DNA from: Myxococcota bacterium
GTDB lineage: Bacteria; Myxococcota_A; UBA796; CAJQPC01
Reading direction: 5' to 3'
Assembly (NCBI GenBank): GCA_036012755.1
Contig: DASCPX010000070.1
Span: 1-64,000, forward strand
DNA length: 64,000 nt
Of the stretch, positions 18,026-27,800 are shown piece by piece. A model generated the notes under the pieces. That model saw only the letters and a list, made by a program, of their open reading frames with translations, was not told the DNA's origin and made no database searches. Numbering within the stretch: position 1 is the stretch's first letter; every line of letters begins with the position of its first letter. Made by a program: the position numbers and the translations under genes.

Positions 18026-21000
18026 TCATGGAGTCTGCGACGTGACTCCTGCAAAGCGCTCTCCGACCCGGATCGCCAGCTCCTGGGCGGCCCAGGGTGT
18101 GCCTCGCTCCCTCAGCGCGGCGTCGGCCAGGTACCACACGGCCATGATCATCGGTGCGCCATCGGGCGAGGCCTCCGCCGCTTCCCTCAGCGCGTGCGGC
18201 AACAACTCCGGGTGGGCCTGCTCCTTGGCCCAGGCCGCGGAGGCCAGCCCCTCCAGCAGGTCGCCCAGGCTCTTCTTCAGCGCTCGGAGGAGACGATTGT
18301 GGGACCGGGCCTGCCTCGCGTCGAGCTTCCGCAGCTCGTCGCGGATCTCGGCGGCCTCTTGCGCAGCCTCCCAGGCGCCGAGGCGCTCGGTCTTGTCCTT
18401 GAGACCGAAGGCGTCGATCAGGCGCTCGTTTGCTGGCTCATGGAGGACCATCAGGGGTCCGGATGAGCGGATCTCGCTCCCGTAGAGCACGACCCCGTGC
18501 TGTTGGATCGACGCCTCGAGCGCCGCCGCCGTGGTCCAGCCATCGACGGTCTCGAAGAGGGGGATCCTCGCCCAGGCAGCCCGGATCGCCGAGGGAGCCC
18601 TCTGGAGGACGCCGGCCAGCCGCTGGCGTCCGAGGCAGGCATCTCGGAGCTTGGGCGCTGCTCGCTCGACGAGCTCGACGTAGGACTTCAGCAAAGCGGC
18701 GTCACGTGCCGCGAGGGGCTTCGGGCCGGTGAAGTCCGGCTTGGCCTCGTCGACGTCGACGACCCCCGCCAGACCAGGGAAGGGGCTGGCCTCCGTGCAC
18801 AGGGGGACCCCCTTGCAGCGATAGGAGAGCCGACCGGGACCGAGGCCGGCGTCGATCGCCAACAGCGCCTTCCATCCCTTTCCTTTCAGCTGCGCCTCGG
18901 CGTAGTACCGGCCGGTGAGCGCGAAGGGCTGGGCCTCGCGTGAGCGACGGGAGTGCACCCGCTGTGCCTCCAGCGCTGCTTCCCGGTCGAAGGTGCCGCC
19001 GAAGAACTCGATGGCCATGGAGTGTAGCGAGCGCTCCAGGACCAGGAAGGGGCGGTCCAGGGAGGGCGCGGCCAGCTCCGGACTGACCCACCGGGGCTTC
19101 TGCCGCAGCTGCACGACCTCCCAGGCGCTGAGCGTCTCTCCACCGCCCGTCGGGAACAGGGGGACGCCCGCGAGGCGGTTCTTCCAGTCTCCGTGCCGGG
19201 GCTTTCCACGGGGAGAGGGCACGTCGCGCCGGTGGCGGAAGGTGCGACGGAGGATGCCCAGCCAGAGACGGGTCGGGTAGGGCGGACCGGCATCGAGGAG
19301 CTGCTCGAGGGCCTCTTCGCTCTTCTCCACCAGGAACTGCCGGAGAGCCTGCAGCGCTGCACCGTCCTCTGGGCCGGACCAGGTGTCGTCGGCCTCGATG
19401 GCGGGGTCGGAGACGTGGCCGGACAGGGGCACCGGGCCACGATGGGCGATGCGCGTCAGCTGTCGCCAGCCCACGTGCAGGTGGAGGTAGGTCTTGCCGC
19501 TGTCGTGGACTTGCAGGAAGCCCTCTCGGTCACCGCTCAGCTCCATCGTCAGCACCACCGTGGGGTCCGCCCGGGGCAGCACGCGCTGCGGCTCGGCCTC
19601 CATGCGACCTCGCGCGGCCACCTCGCGAGCGAGCTCGTCGCCGTAGTCCTCGACGCGACCGAAGGGCTGCAGGTTGCACCAGGAATCGGCGTGGAGGGTG
19701 ATCACCGGTCGGTCCGGCTCGGCTGGTCGTCCCCGCGTGCCCGCGTGCGCCACGCGAATGCAGCCCCTTGCTGCCTGATCTCGCAGCTCGGCGACCCCGA
19801 TCGACTCGCCCGTCGACGTCGGCAGGAACGCGGTCTCCGGCACCACCTCGGGGTCGGCCTGTGCCGCCCAGGCCAGCACCGCCGGAAGCTGGCTTCCAGC
19901 GTCCATGACGTAGAGGCCCTCTGCCTCCTCTCCAGCGAGGCGCCTCATCACCCGCACCATGAACTCGTCCGCCAGCGCGCGAGCGCGGGCCCGTGCGCTC
20001 TCCAGCTCGGCGCTCCCGACCAGCCCGCTGAAGTCGGGGTGGGCTCTGAGCCGCGCGTCGTCGACCCGGACGTGCACGGGGAAGGGCAGCTTCTCGCTGG
20101 AGACACAGCGCTGTTGGAGGAGCCAGTCGATGCGCCCGCCGCCTGCATCGAGCAGGCCGAGCCAGTGTCCGGCGTCGGCTCGCCAGAAGGTGCCGTAGAG
20201 ACCCTTGGGGGCGAGGGTCTCGACCTCGAGCCGCTCCCGCCGTTGTTCCCCCTGCTCGTAGGCCTCCAGCAGGAGCCTGCCCTCGATGATCTCTACGCCC
20301 GCGGCTTCGAGGAGCTGACGGACGACGCGGCTCCCGATGAGCCAGGTGCGGTCATCGGGGACCTCTGAGCCGGCCAGTCGTTGGGGGACCAGCGCTGCCT
20401 CTGTCTCGATGTCGTCGAGCCTGGCGAGGTAGCCGTCCATTCGGGGCAACAGCGGGATGCTGCGGAGCTTCGCGAGGACCTCGGCCTGTCGGACAGTGGG
20501 CTCCGAGCGGATGCGCAGCAGGTAGAGCAACAGGGCCCGCCTGGCGTTGGCTGGGAGGGCCGCGAAGCCCAGCCAGGCTCCGAGCGCGGTCTCCGCCTGC
20601 TTCAGGGTCGCGCCGAGGATCTCGTGCTGGTCGGCCATGCTGGAGAAGAGCGGATCCGGGACGATCCTGGGGCCCATGACGACGGCGTCGGCAGGGACGG
20701 GGAAGGGCTGGATCTCGGTACACAGGAGGCGGTCCTGGTGGAGCACGCGGACGCGTAGGGATGGCTCGCGCTCCGGGTCCACCGACAGCGCGACCGTCAC
20801 GCGCAGGTCCTCGTCTCCCAGGGGCTGGATGGCGACGACGTCGCCGATCGGGATGGTCGAGGTGCTCGCACGCTTCATGAAGCGGTCGTGGGCCTCGCGG
20901 CGGAGCTGGAAGCGCTGGCTCACGTCCCGGAGGGCGCGCTTGGTGACCGACTGCACGACCCGCCGCCGGCTGGCGTCCAGGACCAGCACGTGCTGAAGGT

Positions 21001-23323
21001 CCGGCGGGCAGGAGGGGGGTGCCTCGGGCAGGCACTCGACGGGGCCTTTCGGGAGCTCCGGGAGGTCGATCAGCGCGAAGGGGGAGCCGTCGGCGTGCTG
21101 GGCGAAGGCCAGGGTCTCCAGCTCGTTGGGCAGGGGACGCCAGCCCCGCAGCGCACCCTCCAGCCAGGCTTGGAGGGGTGCCTCCCGGTCCGGGCTGTGC
21201 ACGTTGGCGAGCACCAGGGACCGCAGGGGGTCGAGCAGCTCCTTGGACAGGCGACAAACCCAGGCCTGTGGGTCCTTCAACCCCTCCATGCGGGCGTCGC
21301 CCTCTGCCCCCGGGAGCTCCAGCACGGCCAGGGTCGCCGGGAGCCCGGTCGGCACCTTCAGCTGGCCGAGGTCGATTCCGTGGTGGAGCACGACGACCAC
21401 CGTGCGGCTCTCTCCGCCCTCGACGCCCAGCCCGATCTCGCCGTGGAACTCATCGGTCTCGACGTAGGCCCTGGCGACGACGTAGCCCGTGATCTTCGGC
21501 GGCATCGGCGGGGCCAAGAACCTACGGCGGCGGACGAGCTCGTCTTCGAGGGACGTCGTGACGTCCTCGAGTTTCTTGAAGCGGGCCCGCAGGGCCTTCA
21601 GCTGGGCCGGTTGGGGGTGGAGGACCCGCGGCGCCCCAAAGGGCACGACCAGCACGGAGCGAGCCCAGCGCAAGCCGCCATCCTTGCTCGACCACGACCG
21701 GATGGTCTCCAGCGAGACGAGGCCCTCGTCGAGAGTGTCGAAGAGCGGGACTCGCTCGACGGTGTCGGAGAGCTCCTCGGAGGAGGCAACCTGCTCCAAC
21801 AGCGCCCCCTTCACGAGAGCACGGCGGGGGTGCTTCTCTGCCACTTCGGCCAGGAGCGCCCTGGCTTCTTCGATGCACCGGGCGACCACCTCCTTGCGCG
21901 CACCATCGGAGACCACGCGGCGGAAGCGGGGGTCCGCGCGCAGGCGCTCGCTCTCGACGCGCACGCTGATCGGCCCCGGCACGGGAATCGTGACGACCTC
22001 GACGGGGAGGCCCTCCACGCGCAGCTCCAGCCGGGCCCCCCGCTTCTCGTCGAAGAGTGCGTCGAAGGCGACCGTGCCTCGTATGCCCTCGCCCTCGAAG
22101 CGGCGCTCGTGGAGGGCGCGACCGTGGCTCAGCGGCAGGGCCCGCGAGCGGAGCTGCTGCCTCCGTCGGCGGCCCTGTGCGAGGTCCTCGAGGAAGCTCT
22201 GTGAGTCCTTCGTCTTCAGCCCGAGCTCGTCGATCAGCTGCAGGACCGGCGAGTCCGAGTGGAACTGGGGCTCCGGGAGCTCCGGCGCGGCGATGCCCAC
22301 GGTGTCATAGCGGCGAATGAGCTCGGCTCTGAAGATGTCGGCGAAGGACCACAGGCGACCGGCGCCGTCCTCCAGCACCTCCTCCTTCCTCAGGGGTCCG
22401 TGGTGCCCGCGGCGCACGCGCAGGAGCCTCAGGGCGGCCTGTCGCAGGATCCCGACGGTGAAGGAGGCGACCTCGGCGTGGAGCTGCTCTACGAGGAGCT
22501 CGCCCGCGGCCTCGTACAGGCTCCCCTCGACCTTGCGCCAGTGCTCATCGCGCACCGCCTTGCTGCGGGAGGCGTTGAGGCGCACGCCATCGGCGCGGAT
22601 GTGTCCGGCCAGGGCTATCGGTCCGAGGTCCACGTGAAGGGACTCGACGCGGATGCCGTCGCGGACGACGGCGACGTCTCCGGCGTCCGCGAGCCAGAGA
22701 CCTTCTATGCTCGGGTAGTTCGGAGGAGGGCCCGTCAGCGGGCGCCGCAGGGGCCGGCCGTTGACCTCGACGGGCAGGGGACACCAGGCAGCATCTGCCC
22801 GGAGGATCTTCTCCTCGTAGGCGACGTCGAAGGGTCGAACCAGCTCGCGCAGCACGTCCAACCCGAAGCGCTCGCGCACGTGTACGAGGACACCCTGTCG
22901 CCGGGGGGCTTCGTCGAAGGTCACGTTCGTCGGGTCGCTCAGGTCCAGCCTCGCTCCGGGCCTCTCGAGGTGGACCCACTTCGGGTCCAGCCCGAGGGCG
23001 CCGTGGATCCCCTGGGCGAGGTGCTGCAGCATGCGGGCGCGGCCCTCCATCGAGCGCGTGAAGATGTGATCGAAGAGCGCCTCGAGCTCCTCTGAGGTGG
23101 GGTGTTCGCCGTCCCACTCGATCTCGAAGTCGTCCGCGTCGTTCCGGATCCGGATCCCGGTCGCCCCCGCGCGGACCGCGGTCGCCACGAGCTCGAGCAC
23201 GTAGCGGTGGGGGTGCTCCAGCTGGAAGCGCGCGAGCTTCTCCATCGCGCGTCGGCGGTCCAGCCGGAACTCGCCGCGGGAGAGGATGGTCGCGTCGTCG
23301 AGGTGCTCGTCGCGCAGGCTCAT
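18026..23323 (-). CDS. Giant (1765 aa) protein: degenerate Hsp90/GHKL N-domain followed by about 7 repeated modules
   Basis: YVLELVATAVRAGA and EWDGEHP align with GHKL motifs I/II but lack key residues. LAGHIRADGVRLNASRSK resembles the Hsp90 middle domain. A 'P(L)F.T.DG..(S)L' motif recurs. ATGA-coupled to the upstream gene. Confidence 0.75.
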   Translation of the reverse strand: MSLRDEHLDDATILSRGEFRLDRRRAMEKLARFQLEHPHRYVLELVATAVRAGATGIRIRNDADDFEIEWDGEHPTSEELEALFDHIFTRSMEGRARMLQHLAQGIHGALGLDPKWVHLERPGARLDLSDPTNVTFDEAPRRQGVLVHVRERFGLDVLRELVRPFDVAYEEKILRADAAWCPLPVEVNGRPLRRPLTGPPPNYPSIEGLWLADAGDVAVVRDGIRVESLHVDLGPIALAGHIRADGVRLNASRSKAVRDEHWRKVEGSLYEAAGELLVEQLHAEVASFTVGILRQAALRLLRVRRGHHGPLRKEEVLEDGAGRLWSFADIFRAELIRRYDTVGIAAPELPEPQFHSDSPVLQLIDELGLKTKDSQSFLEDLAQGRRRRQQLRSRALPLSHGRALHERRFEGEGIRGTVAFDALFDEKRGARLELRVEGLPVEVVTIPVPGPISVRVESERLRADPRFRRVVSDGARKEVVARCIEEARALLAEVAEKHPRRALVKGALLEQVASSEELSDTVERVPLFDTLDEGLVSLETIRSWSSKDGGLRWARSVLVVPFGAPRVLHPQPAQLKALRARFKKLEDVTTSLEDELVRRRRFLAPPMPPKITGYVVARAYVETDEFHGEIGLGVEGGESRTVVVVLHHGIDLGQLKVPTGLPATLAVLELPGAEGDARMEGLKDPQAWVCRLSKELLDPLRSLVLANVHSPDREAPLQAWLEGALRGWRPLPNELETLAFAQHADGSPFALIDLPELPKGPVECLPEAPPSCPPDLQHVLVLDASRRRVVQSVTKRALRDVSQRFQLRREAHDRFMKRASTSTIPIGDVVAIQPLGDEDLRVTVALSVDPEREPSLRVRVLHQDRLLCTEIQPFPVPADAVVMGPRIVPDPLFSSMADQHEILGATLKQAETALGAWLGFAALPANARRALLLYLLRIRSEPTVRQAEVLAKLRSIPLLPRMDGYLARLDDIETEAALVPQRLAGSEVPDDRTWLIGSRVVRQLLEAAGVEIIEGRLLLEAYEQGEQRRERLEVETLAPKGLYGTFWRADAGHWLGLLDAGGGRIDWLLQQRCVSSEKLPFPVHVRVDDARLRAHPDFSGLVGSAELESARARARALADEFMVRVMRRLAGEEAEGLYVMDAGSQLPAVLAWAAQADPEVVPETAFLPTSTGESIGVAELRDQAARGCIRVAHAGTRGRPAEPDRPVITLHADSWCNLQPFGRVEDYGDELAREVAARGRMEAEPQRVLPRADPTVVLTMELSGDREGFLQVHDSGKTYLHLHVGWRQLTRIAHRGPVPLSGHVSDPAIEADDTWSGPEDGAALQALRQFLVEKSEEALEQLLDAGPPYPTRLWLGILRRTFRHRRDVPSPRGKPRHGDWKNRLAGVPLFPTGGGETLSAWEVVQLRQKPRWVSPELAAPSLDRPFLVLERSLHSMAIEFFGGTFDREAALEAQRVHSRRSREAQPFALTGRYYAEAQLKGKGWKALLAIDAGLGPGRLSYRCKGVPLCTEASPFPGLAGVVDVDEAKPDFTGPKPLAARDAALLKSYVELVERAAPKLRDACLGRQRLAGVLQRAPSAIRAAWARIPLFETVDGWTTAAALEASIQQHGVVLYGSEIRSSGPLMVLHEPANERLIDAFGLKDKTERLGAWEAAQEAAEIRDELRKLDARQARSHNRLLRALKKSLGDLLEGLASAAWAKEQAHPELLPHALREAAEASPDGAPMIMAVWYLADAALRERGTPWAAQELAIRVGERFAGVTSQTP

Positions 23324-24834
23324 GACAGCAGGTCCAGGAGCACACCAGAGGTGAGGCGTACGTTGTCTCCCACCGCCCGCAACGCGGCGACGAGGAGCAC
23401 GCTCCCGCCGATGTCGGCTGGCAGCGCGGCCGCGCGCTTGAAGTGCGGGTGATCCACGTTGATCACGAGGACACCGTCGTCGTCGAGCTCCTGCTGGAGC
23501 TGTCCCGGTTCCCGCTGGAGGATGGCGAGGCGGCCCTGCAAGCGAGAGCCGCCCTCTGCGAAGCGAGCGCAGATGAGCTCGCGACCGACCATCGGGTTCG
23601 TCTTCGCGACCCGACGCATCGCCGCAGCCAGGCGAGGCTCCGGGCCGAGCTGCGGCTTGATCCAGGCCTCCGCGACCGGCTTTGGGACCAAGCCGCTCCA
23701 GCGCGCGCAGAGCCGGGACGCGGCCATGCTGTCAGGAGCTCCGCTCAAGACCTGAGAGCCCTCCTCGCCGAGGGCCCTGACCAGGGCCGAAGGGCCCGGC
23801 GCGTACCAGAGGGGCTGCTCTCCGAACATGACCCACGAGGACGGTTCGAAGTCCTCCATGCGAGCGTAGCCGCCGTTCGCCAGCGGGATCCAGGCGAGGT
23901 CCTCTGGGATGGGCAGGTGCTGTCCCGCGCGCACGAGGGCCTCGATGCGCTCGTTGTCCTGGGCGGCGACGGAGGCCCGGATCTCCTCTGTGAGCTTGTT
24001 GGTCAGCGGGCCGCGAGCCAGCTGTCGCAGGTGCTCCACGACCTCCTCGAAGCCCGCGTCCCGGAGCACGTTGTCCCGCGTCAGGGTGTGCTCCAGCTGG
24101 GCTGCTTCGATCCGGAAGGTGACCCCGGGCACTGTGTCCTCGCGGCCCTCGAGCAGGGTGAGTCCGCGATTGACGTAGGCGACCGGAGTCACCTTCTCCG
24201 GCCAGGGTCCGAGCACCGCCCGGAAGCCGGGCGACTCGACCTCGATCTTCAGGATGGCGTCGACGTCCCAGGTCCCGACGACCTCCTCGTCCCAGGACCA
24301 GCCCTTGCCCTGGCCGACGGTCCAGATCTCCGCCCTCGCGTGCTTGCACCAGTAGTGGATGGCCTGCCTCAGTTCCCCCGCGAGGGCTTCGCCCTTCTTG
24401 CCCCAGGTCCGCACGTAGAGCCGCACGCGGGTGCCCTCGAAGGGCTCGTCGAGCTCAGCGAGCGTGTAGCTCCAGTCGGCGTCGAAGATCACGCGGTGGT
24501 GGACCCCGTCTCGGGCCGTGTCCACCACGACCAGCTCGGGTTTCAGCGCGAAGAGCGAGACGAAGCCGATGCCGAACTTCCCGATCTTCGTGAGGTCCTT
24601 CTCCTTCGAGCTGGAGAAGAGGGTCAGGAGGTGGGTCTCGATGACCTCGCGGTCCATGCCCTCGCCGTCGTCGGTGACGTCGATGACCATGCGCCGCTTC
24701 TCCTGGACGACGTTGAGCTCGACTCGGCCGGCGCCGGCGTCCAGGCTGTTCTGGACCAGCTCACGGACGAAGGCGCTGCGCTCCGAGAACTGAGCCACCA
24801 GTGCTTCGAGCGCGTCCCGCGCCGGGCTGGTCAA
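23320..24834 (-). CDS. Hsp90/HtpG-like GHKL ATPase
   Basis: FVRELVQNSLDAGA, DDGEGM, FSSSK, IGKFGIGFVSLF, EGTRVRL, LEHTLTRDNVLRD and LVINVDHP. The TTG start overlaps the upstream stop. Confidence 0.88.
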   Translation of the reverse strand: MTSPARDALEALVAQFSERSAFVRELVQNSLDAGAGRVELNVVQEKRRMVIDVTDDGEGMDREVIETHLLTLFSSSKEKDLTKIGKFGIGFVSLFALKPELVVVDTARDGVHHRVIFDADWSYTLAELDEPFEGTRVRLYVRTWGKKGEALAGELRQAIHYWCKHARAEIWTVGQGKGWSWDEEVVGTWDVDAILKIEVESPGFRAVLGPWPEKVTPVAYVNRGLTLLEGREDTVPGVTFRIEAAQLEHTLTRDNVLRDAGFEEVVEHLRQLARGPLTNKLTEEIRASVAAQDNERIEALVRAGQHLPIPEDLAWIPLANGGYARMEDFEPSSWVMFGEQPLWYAPGPSALVRALGEEGSQVLSGAPDSMAASRLCARWSGLVPKPVAEAWIKPQLGPEPRLAAAMRRVAKTNPMVGRELICARFAEGGSRLQGRLAILQREPGQLQQELDDDGVLVINVDHPHFKRAAALPADIGGSVLLVAALRAVGDNVRLTSGVLLDLLS

Positions 24835-27800
24835 CGCTGGGCTCCAGGGAGCGTGAAGTGGAAGGTCGAGCCGTCTCCTGGCTCGCTCTCTGCCCAGATC
24901 CTGCCGCCGTGCATCTCCACGATCTTCTTGCAGATCGCGAGACCGATGCCGTTGCCGCCGTACTCGCTGCGGTGGTGGAGGCGCTTGAAGATGGTGAAGA
25001 TGCGCGTATTGTAGTCGGGGTCGAAGCCGATGCCGTTGTCGCGCACGACGAACTCGACGTAGCCCTCGATCGTGCTGGCCTCGACGGTGATGACCGGGCT
25101 GCGCCCGGGGTCGCGGTACTTCACCGCGTTGCCGACGATGTTCTGGAAGAGCTGGATGAGCCGGGTCTCGTTGGCGAGCACCACCGGCATCGAGTCCGGC
25201 GCCTCGACGGCGGCGTCCGACTCGGCGAGCTCGACGCTCAGGTTCTCCATCGCGGCTTGCAGCGCTCGATCCGAGCGGACCTCGCCCGGGGGGCGCCTGT
25301 CGCGACCGACCTGGGAGTAGGCGAGCACGTCGTCGATGAGCGCCTGCATGCGCACGCTGCTCTCGATCGCCTTGTCGATGTAGTGGTGGGCGCCTGGATC
25401 GAGCACCTCGCCGTGGCGCCGCTGGAGCAGCTGGAGGTAGCTGGCGACTCGACGGATGGGGGACTTCAGATCGTGCGAGGCGAGGTAGGCGAACTGGCGG
25501 AGCTCGTTGTTGCTGTAGGCCAGATCGGCGTTGGCCGCGCTCAGCTGGCGGGTCCGGAGCAGGACGCGCTCCTCGAGGTCTTCGTTCGCCTGCTCCAGCT
25601 GAGCTCGGGCCTCCTCCAGGGCTGTGATGTCCCGGAGCACGGCCTGGCAGTACAGGACGCGGTCGCCTTCGCGCACCGCCGAGGCGTTGACGAGCACCGG
25701 GATCGTATGCCCGTCGGCATGCATCGCCAGCAGTCGGGCGCCCTCGATCTCCCCGTCCCGGTCGAAGTCGGCGAGGACGGCCTCTACGACGCCGTGCGCC
25801 GCCGGGTGGAACAGGTCGAGGATCGGCACCCCGGAGAGTGACTTGGGTGCGTGCCCCAGCAACTCGGCGGTGGTCGCGTTGCACTGGGCTATGCGCCTGG
25901 TGCGGGCATCCCAGAGCACGAAGACATCCGGTGCGTGCTCGTAGAGGGACTGGTACTTCAACTCGCTGCGCCGGAGCGCCTTTTCGGCCAGGGTGCGCTC
26001 GCGGATCTCCTCCATGAGCTGCTCGAACATGAGCGACTGGGCCAGCGAGATGGCGATCTGCGAGGACAGGAGCTCCAGCACGCCGATGTGGGAGGGCGTG
26101 AAGGCGTGGCTCACCAGCGTGTTCTCCAGGACGAAGACACCGATGAGGGTGCTCTGGCGCTGGATCGGGAGGACCAGCAGCGACTTCACACCGGTCGTCC
26201 GGACGTGGTCGTCATCGGCCAACTCCCCGTGCTGTGCGTCGTCGACCACGACGGCATCCCATGTTCGCCGGACGCGCTCCACGACCCCGAAGGGCACATG
26301 GGAAGATGAGTCCAGATCCTCTTCGATCAGGTCTACCCGGTAGTCCGCGCCTTGCAGCGAGCCGATGACGCGGACCACGGCGCGGTCGGACTCGCGCTCG
26401 AGGAGCAGGACGCCGCGGTTCGCTCCAGCAGCCTGCAGGCAGACCCGCATCAGCCGATCGAGCAGGGCGCCGAGTTCGACCTCGGAGGAGATGGCCTCTG
26501 CGGCCTCCAGCACGCTCATCAGGTCGAGCTCGCTGCCCTCCCTGGCCTGGGCACGAGGCCTGGTCGGGCGCGGTCGGGCCCGGCCCCAGCGTTCGGCGAC
26601 CGAGAGCGCGGCCTCGTGGTACACGGTCGCGAAGCGGTCCCAGCCCCGCATCTCGTGGAAGCGGCTGGCTCGCGCGTTCGCGAGAGCCTCGTCGTGCACG
26701 AAGCCCTGGTCTCCCGCTCGGTCGATGGCGCGGTCGTAGAGCTCCACAGCCTCGATGTGGCGGTCCTCGAGCCGCGCGATCTCGGCGTCGATCAGCCAGA
26801 GGCGGTGGCGGAAGTTGGCTGGAGCCGTCTCCGTCCAGGTGGCGAGCTCCCGGCGCAGCGGGACGAGGTCCGCTCGGCGGTCCAGGGCCGCGAGCGCCAC
26901 GGCTCCGTGGAAGAGGTGGTCGGCCAGCTGGATCGCGCCCTGGAGCGCGGCCGGGCGGGTCGCCTCGTAGCGTCGCGCCGCCGCGTCGAAGTGCTCGTTG
27001 TGCACCGCGAGCATGAGCTGGAGCGACTCGACGAGGGCGCTGGAGGTCGCGTTCAGGTCCGCGCTGGCCAGGAATGCCGAGAGCTCGAAGCTGGCGTCGT
27101 CGAGGAGCCCCGGTCCGAAGCTCCGCCCCTGGAAGCTCAGCACCGTCTGGCGCAGCACCGTGAGCACGTCCACCACGGGCTCGCTGCTGCCCCTCGCCGG
27201 CGGCAGCGCCGTGGCACAGAACTGCAGCGCCGAGCGGGTGTCGCGAAGGACCTCGTCCAGGGGGGTCCCCAACGACAGGGCGATGAGCGCGTCGGCCGCG
27301 CGGGCATAGGCGGAGAAGTGTGCATCGCCGGCAGCCGCGGCGAACTCTCCCGCCTCTTGCAGCATCGGGCGGTTGGTGCGGAGGTGGACCTGCCAGTGGT
27401 TGAGGTGGTTGGCGAAGGTGAACAGCACCCGCGCCCGCTCGGCGGCGTCGGCGAGCTCGGCGAGCTCCGAGCCGAGGCGGCCCAGTGCCCAGCCGGACTC
27501 CGGTTCGTCGAGGCGTGTCGCGAGCACGACGCCTACCCAGGTCCAGGCGTAGGCCGCGTTCGGCATCGGCCCGTGCTCCAGCGAGTGCAGGGCCATGCGC
27601 ACCTGCAGCCAGGAGAAGAGGTACGGGTCCGTGAAGAAGGCCGCATTCACGAGCTCTCCGAGCAGCTCGCCGAGGGCGATGGCGTCGGCGTCGGTGCATG
27701 CTGGAGTGATGAGCAGGTCACGAGGAGGCCGAGCTCCGGTCTCGATCCTCAACAGGTCCTCTGCGATGGCGCGATCCAGCTCCGCAGGTAGCGCCACGTC

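Noticed and set aside
23320..24834. Canonical htpG
   Set aside because: Only about 504 aa with divergent middle and C regions, and paired with a dead paralogue; gene symbol withheld.
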